Assembly: GCA_019428855.1 (NCBI GenBank)
Contig: JAHYJV010000001.1
Span: 14,885-78,884, forward strand
Direction of reading: 5' to 3'
DNA length: 64,000 nucleotides
Source: Patescibacteria group bacterium
GTDB taxonomy: Bacteria > Patescibacteriota > Minisyncoccia > JAHIHE01 > JAGLIN01
Shown piece after piece: positions 59,698 through 64,000 of this stretch; the first letter of the stretch is position 1; every line of letters starts with the position of its first letter. Under the pieces are notes generated by a model. That model was given only the letters and a program-made list of their open reading frames with translations, did not search any database and was not told where the DNA came from. Both the position numbers and the translations under genes were made by a program.

Positions 59698-59803
59698 AAC
59701 AGTTTTTTGATATCATTTTTCACAGGAGTGGTGGGAATTGTTAATTTATCAATATACTTCTTTTATTTTTTCATCTATCCACTATAATAATTAGTGTAGA
59801 GCC
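59698..59803 (-). repeat. R1-R2 module, copy 3 (reverse orientation)
   Basis: The reverse complement reads GGCTCTACACTAATTATTATAGTGG...ATATTGATAAATTAACAATTCCCACCACTCCTGTGAAAAATGATATCAAAAAACTGTT. Confidence 0.5.
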
Positions 59804-59844
59804 AAAAGAAATTGAATTTTTTATGTTAGTATTTAATGAAGTTT

Positions 59845-59995
59845 TTTGAATTACGAAATGAGCATTTCTTTTTTTGTCATCCCGAAAGAGCGGTAGCGAC
59901 GAAGGGATCTAAAAGTAAAGCTAGTTTCATTTCCCGTATTTTAAGATCTCTCATATTGTTCGAGATGACAAGAAAACAGCATTTCGTAATTCAAA
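59845..59995. mobile_element. MITE copy F (variant 2, reverse orientation relative to C/D)
   Basis: TTTTTGAATTACGAAATG....ATTTCGTAATTCAAAGG. It ends 30 bp upstream of a GT4 gene. Confidence 0.6.
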
Positions 59996-60024
59996 GGAAG
60001 TTATAAAATTAACTATATTAATGT

Positions 60025-61146
60025 ATGAAAATTGGAATAGATGCTAGAAGTCTTGAGAATTCAAAAACTGGAGTTGGCAGATATCTGTCTAACTTATTGA
60101 AATTTTGGAAGAATGAAAAGAGTATCCAGTTTGTTCTTTATTTTAAGGATCAAATTCCCAAAGAAGAGCTCGCTGATACTGATAATTTTGAAAAAGTGTT
60201 GTTGAAAAATCCACTTGGTTTTTCGAGTAATTTTTTCTTTCAGCATTTTTTGTTGCCCAATCGTCTTAAAAAAGATAAAATTGATTATTTCTTTTCTCCA
60301 TTTTATCTCAAGCCGATTTATTGTCCCGTAAAATCATCTATAGTCCTTCATGATATTTCTTATGAAGCTCATCCAGAGTGGTTTGATTTTAAAAGTCAAT
60401 TTGTCTTAAGAATGCTTTCAAGATATTCTGCTAAAACAGCACAGAGAATATTTACTGTTTCGTTTTATAGTAAAAAGGAGATTATTAAATACTACGGTAC
60501 TGATTCTGAAAAAATTACAGTGACTAATTTAGCTCCCGATGATAGTTTTTCAAAAATTGAGGATTTGGATAAAATAAAAACCATGAAAAAAAAATATGGC
60601 ATTGTAAAGAAATTTATTTTTTGCATTGGAACAATTTTTTCTAGAAGACATATCAGTGAAATTATTGAGGCATTTGAAAAGATTTCGGATAAAAGCTTGG
60701 AATACCAACTTTTAATTGTCGGAAAAAACGTGACGCATCCTTTTGTTGATATTGATAAAAAAATAGAGCTAATCAATCAGAATATTAAAAATAATAGCAT
60801 AATCCATCTTAATTCCGTTTCTGAGCAGGAATTAATGGCTTTGTATAGCTCTTGTGATTTTGTCATTTATCTCTCTGATTATGAGGGATTTGGTTTACCT
60901 GTGATTGAAGCTCAGTTTTTTGGCAAAGCTCTGCTTACAAGCTATAATACATCGTTGATTGAAGTAGGGGGAAATTCAGTTGAATTTGTGAAGGAAAACA
61001 CGACAGAAGAAATTCAGAGATCCATGGAGAAAGTTATTTTTAATGAAGATTACAAGGGCCAGCTAGTGCAAAAGGGTGCTGAGAATTTAAAAAGGTTTAG
61101 TTGGGAGAAGTCTGCAATGGAGACACTGAATAAGTTATTATATTGA
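60025..61146 (+). CDS. Glycosyltransferase family 4
   Basis: C-terminal EGFGLPVIEAQFFGKALL motif. Paralog of 23323-24480. Confidence 0.8.
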   Translation: MKIGIDARSLENSKTGVGRYLSNLLKFWKNEKSIQFVLYFKDQIPKEELADTDNFEKVLLKNPLGFSSNFFFQHFLLPNRLKKDKIDYFFSPFYLKPIYCPVKSSIVLHDISYEAHPEWFDFKSQFVLRMLSRYSAKTAQRIFTVSFYSKKEIIKYYGTDSEKITVTNLAPDDSFSKIEDLDKIKTMKKKYGIVKKFIFCIGTIFSRRHISEIIEAFEKISDKSLEYQLLIVGKNVTHPFVDIDKKIELINQNIKNNSIIHLNSVSEQELMALYSSCDFVIYLSDYEGFGLPVIEAQFFGKALLTSYNTSLIEVGGNSVEFVKENTTEEIQRSMEKVIFNEDYKGQLVQKGAENLKRFSWEKSAMETLNKLLY

Positions 61147-61429
61147 AAATTGACTGATCAAAAGAGAAGAAGCAATGATATGAGCTGTAATTTAAAAAAG
61201 CTAAATTTACGCATTCAAATTGTAAGGGCTTTAAATCTCTCTTATTATTCCGCGCTATAGTCCAGAATTCAAATAAAAAAGAAGGTGTTTGTTCTCTATA
61301 ATTATTATGAAAATTCTCTGTCTTTATTGTGGCGAGGCACTAAGTTTCCAACATGTTTCTTTTTCCTCTTATGTTTTATCATTTTGATAAAATATCTAGC
61401 TTTCATTACTTAATAATACAATTTCAAAA

Positions 61430-63058
61430 ATGTTGACATCCTTGAAAACAATTTTCATCTCAGAATTAATCCTGGTTTTTGCCATGGTTGCGGGAATTAT
61501 TCCTCAGGAATTTTCATATCTTATTTTGTTTTTGCTTTCGGTGAGCTTTCTTAAAATGAAGATGTCGGATTCCTTAAAGCTTTTTATTCTTTCAGTTCCC
61601 TTTTTTGTCGCACTACCGGCTAATGCGTTTTCAGATTCAATGAGTAGCTGGAGGGTTTTAATTCTGGTATTGTTTCTGAAATTATGTTATGAAAAGTTGT
61701 ATGCAAAAAATGTCGGAAAGTCATTTAGTTTTCTACAAATTTTCAAAAAGAGATGTCAGAGAGTTAAAAAGGAACTAAGCTATCTTAATAAAAAAAGTTA
61801 TTATAAATTATTCATATTAGTTTCTGTGTTTCTCTCCTTTACTATTGTATCTTTATTATTTGCTCAGGATATATCAGCGGGAGTGAAAAAGATATTGTTT
61901 TTTGTAAATATTATATTATTATTTCCAATTACATTATATTGCCTAGAGAGCGAGAAAGACTTAATTAATATAATTAAATATTTATTTTATTCGATTTCAA
62001 TTATTCTTTTTTTCGGATATTTTCAGTTTGGATTAACTTTTATTATTCCGTTGCACGATTTTTGGCAGTTCTGGTCGCACAATGTAATAAAGGTTCTATA
62101 TGGCGAAAATCTCAGTGTTTTATTAAGCTATAGTAATACATGGTTCTCTTATTATTCAAACTTACCACCAACATTAAGAATGTTTTCGGTGATGCCTGAT
62201 TCTCACTCATTTGCAATGATAGTTATTATTTCAATCCCATTGTTATTAGTCTTATTGTCTCAAAATATTGTTAGTAAAAGGATTTTGATTTGGACATTGA
62301 TATTGGCAGCATGTTCAATATTTTTTTCTGGAACGAGAGGTATTTGGGTTGGATTGATAATGACTTTATTCGTCGCTATGTCTCCTTTTTTTTCGTATAA
62401 GTTTACGAGAAGAAGACCATATTTAGTAAGAACAAAGAAGCATAATTTAGATAATGTGAATTCAAAAATAATTTTATATTCCATTATTTTATTTTTTATT
62501 GTCGCCCCAATTTCTTTTTTTGTATTAAGACAAAATCAAGAGATGCAATTATATAAAAATGGCGAGAAAATTGTGGTTGATGATAAGTTTAATTTATTTG
62601 AGCGGGTAAGATCAGTAACTGATTTTTCTGAAATCTCAAATAAAGGGAGACTTCAAATTTGGAAGGAAACGGTAGTTTCGATATCAGATAATACTTTTTT
62701 CGGAGTAGGTTATGGAAATTATCCTTTAGTCTTGAATGAAAGTCTGAATAATGTTAAAAGAGGTTCTTCGGCACATAATATATATTTGGACATTGCAGCG
62801 GAATTAGGAATTTTTGCATTACTGGTATTTATATTGTTAATTGTTGAAGTCTTGAGTGTTTGCCATCGTCTTTTCAAGACTCTCTCAAATGATTATTTAA
62901 AAACATTTGCAGGATCATTTTTTATCTATTTCTTCTGGATATCTGCATATGGACTTTTTGATGTTGTTATTTTCAATGACAAGGTTTTGATGTATCTTGT
63001 GGTTGTGATCGGTTTGGTTTATTTTGTACTGGAAAATCAGAAAAAACTAGAATTGTAG
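61430..63058 (+). CDS. O-antigen ligase/polymerase-like membrane protein (Wzy_C-type)
   Basis: More than 10 TM helices and a periplasmic loop with FFSGTRGIWVGLIMTLFV ... RLQIWKETVV..FFGVGYGNY. Confidence 0.5.
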   Translation: MLTSLKTIFISELILVFAMVAGIIPQEFSYLILFLLSVSFLKMKMSDSLKLFILSVPFFVALPANAFSDSMSSWRVLILVLFLKLCYEKLYAKNVGKSFSFLQIFKKRCQRVKKELSYLNKKSYYKLFILVSVFLSFTIVSLLFAQDISAGVKKILFFVNIILLFPITLYCLESEKDLINIIKYLFYSISIILFFGYFQFGLTFIIPLHDFWQFWSHNVIKVLYGENLSVLLSYSNTWFSYYSNLPPTLRMFSVMPDSHSFAMIVIISIPLLLVLLSQNIVSKRILIWTLILAACSIFFSGTRGIWVGLIMTLFVAMSPFFSYKFTRRRPYLVRTKKHNLDNVNSKIILYSIILFFIVAPISFFVLRQNQEMQLYKNGEKIVVDDKFNLFERVRSVTDFSEISNKGRLQIWKETVVSISDNTFFGVGYGNYPLVLNESLNNVKRGSSAHNIYLDIAAELGIFALLVFILLIVEVLSVCHRLFKTLSNDYLKTFAGSFFIYFFWISAYGLFDVVIFNDKVLMYLVVVIGLVYFVLENQKKLEL

Positions 63059-63174
63059 GTAAGAGATTATTATCATTTTTCTATTTCAGCTTTACACTGT
63101 TTTGCTCACTATTTACAAAAATGAGAAAAAATGCGAAAATGAATGCATATGAAATTAATTAAAGTTTAATAATT

Positions 63175-64000
63175 ATGGTTTATTGTCCACCAGAAAAGCA
63201 GTTTGATATTGAGAGAATTGTTAATCAAACGGAAACTGAAAATGAGAATAGTTTAAGGGATATTCAGAGAAAAAGAAAAAAAATATCACCCAAAAAAATA
63301 CTTATGTTTTTGGGAATTTTCATTTTGATTGTTTTAATTTCGGGAGGATATATGGTTTATAGAGCAAATTCAACTTTTGATAAAATTACAGGAAAAGAAA
63401 ATTCAGTTATAATGAGTTTTATAAAAATGCTTCCCATGGGTGATAATTTCTTTCAAGTATTTCCACAAGATGATGAAAAAAGTACGATAGAAAAGCTAAA
63501 AAACAATGAGCTTGATAGACTAAATATTTTATTACTTGGTATAAGAGGTGTTGGTGACCCAAATGGGGGGTTGTTAACAGACACTATGATAATTGTTAGT
63601 CTGAAGCCAAATACAGAGCAACTCGCTTTAATTTCAATCCCAAGGGATTTATATGTTGAAATTCCACATCGAGATGATAAGAATAAGATTAATGAAGTGT
63701 TTGTTAATGGAGTGCAAGACGGCGGTTGGGAAAAAGGTTTCGAATATAGTAAAAAAACAATTAAAAATGTTTCTAGTCTTGACATCCACTATGTTGTTAG
63801 TGTTGATTTCGACGCTTTTAAGGAAATTGTAGATACCCTAGGTGGTGTGAAAATTACACTGAATAGACCATTTTCAGAAACAAATCAATTTGAAGAGGGT
63901 ATCATCAAACTTCCAGCAGGGACGCAAATTATCGATGGCGATACAGCATTACTTTATGCACGAGCGAGATTTAGCTCTAGTGATTTTGATCGATCAAAAA
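63175..64000 (+). CDS. LytR-CpsA-Psr (LCP) family cell-wall polymer transferase, 3'-partial at the window edge
   Basis: N-terminal TM helix, then NILLLGIRGVGDPNGGLLTDTMIIVSLKPNTEQLALISIPRDLYVEIP...HYVVSVDFDAFKEIVDTLGGVKI. Confidence 0.7.
   Translation, partial: MVYCPPEKQFDIERIVNQTETENENSLRDIQRKRKKISPKKILMFLGIFILIVLISGGYMVYRANSTFDKITGKENSVIMSFIKMLPMGDNFFQVFPQDDEKSTIEKLKNNELDRLNILLLGIRGVGDPNGGLLTDTMIIVSLKPNTEQLALISIPRDLYVEIPHRDDKNKINEVFVNGVQDGGWEKGFEYSKKTIKNVSSLDIHYVVSVDFDAFKEIVDTLGGVKITLNRPFSETNQFEEGIIKLPAGTQIIDGDTALLYARARFSSSDFDRSK

Noticed and set aside
58627-63785. Minus-strand ORFs 58627-58809, 60492-60776, 62260-62484 and 63453-63785
   Set aside because: Antisense to ymdB, the GT4 gene, the ligase-like gene and the 3'-partial LCP gene (63175->64000) respectively. 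The LCP gene is missing from the track only because it runs off the window edge.

Overview
This 64-kb window looks like a chromosomal segment from a low-GC, small-genome bacterium with CPR/Patescibacteria-like gene content: short genes, FtsEX, an LCP protein, many glycosyltransferases, superoxide reductase, and no CRISPR array. I did not measure GC content. The housekeeping backbone is gyrB; prfB (with the classical programmed +1 frameshift); a free-standing NrdD C-terminal fragment in perfect tandem duplicate; ftsE-ftsX; a TetR-DUF502 islet; alpha-glucan phosphorylase; a YbaK-like deacylase; scpA-scpB; a D-Ala-D-Ala carboxypeptidase; rplT-rpmI-infC (infC with an AUU start); smpB-ssrA (tmRNA); a GT4 glycosyltransferase; ileS; recO; a GT2/WecA-like/YfhO envelope-glycan cluster; rplU; recR; dnaB; cysS; corA; the hrcA-grpE-hsp20-dnaK heat-shock cluster with a CIRCE operator; superoxide reductase; an MFP + MacB-type ATPase + two FtsX-type permeases; rny-ymdB; hup; and a GT4 / O-antigen-ligase-like / LCP trio. 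Three tRNAs (Gly-CCC, Thr-CGT, Gln-CTG) and a tmRNA are present. The accessory content I can support is: one IS element with a DDE transposase, and a six-copy MITE family sharing TTGAATTACGAAAT terminal inverted repeats, with one empty-site/filled-site pair visible in the window. There is also a conserved ~107-bp intergenic module with a 14-bp palindrome in three copies, and a family of short GTCATTCCG-core hairpin repeats. The most unusual observations are: (1) the isoleucyl-tRNA synthetase carries an in-frame ~195-aa histidine-phosphatase (phosphoglycerate-mutase-like, RHG...SHGG) domain inside its zinc-knuckle loop; (2) a 154-aa stand-alone protein equals the glycyl-radical/Zn-ribbon C-terminus of anaerobic ribonucleotide reductase NrdD and lies in a perfect 2 x 589-bp tandem duplication. 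Coordinates that I counted by hand may be off by 1-2 nt.
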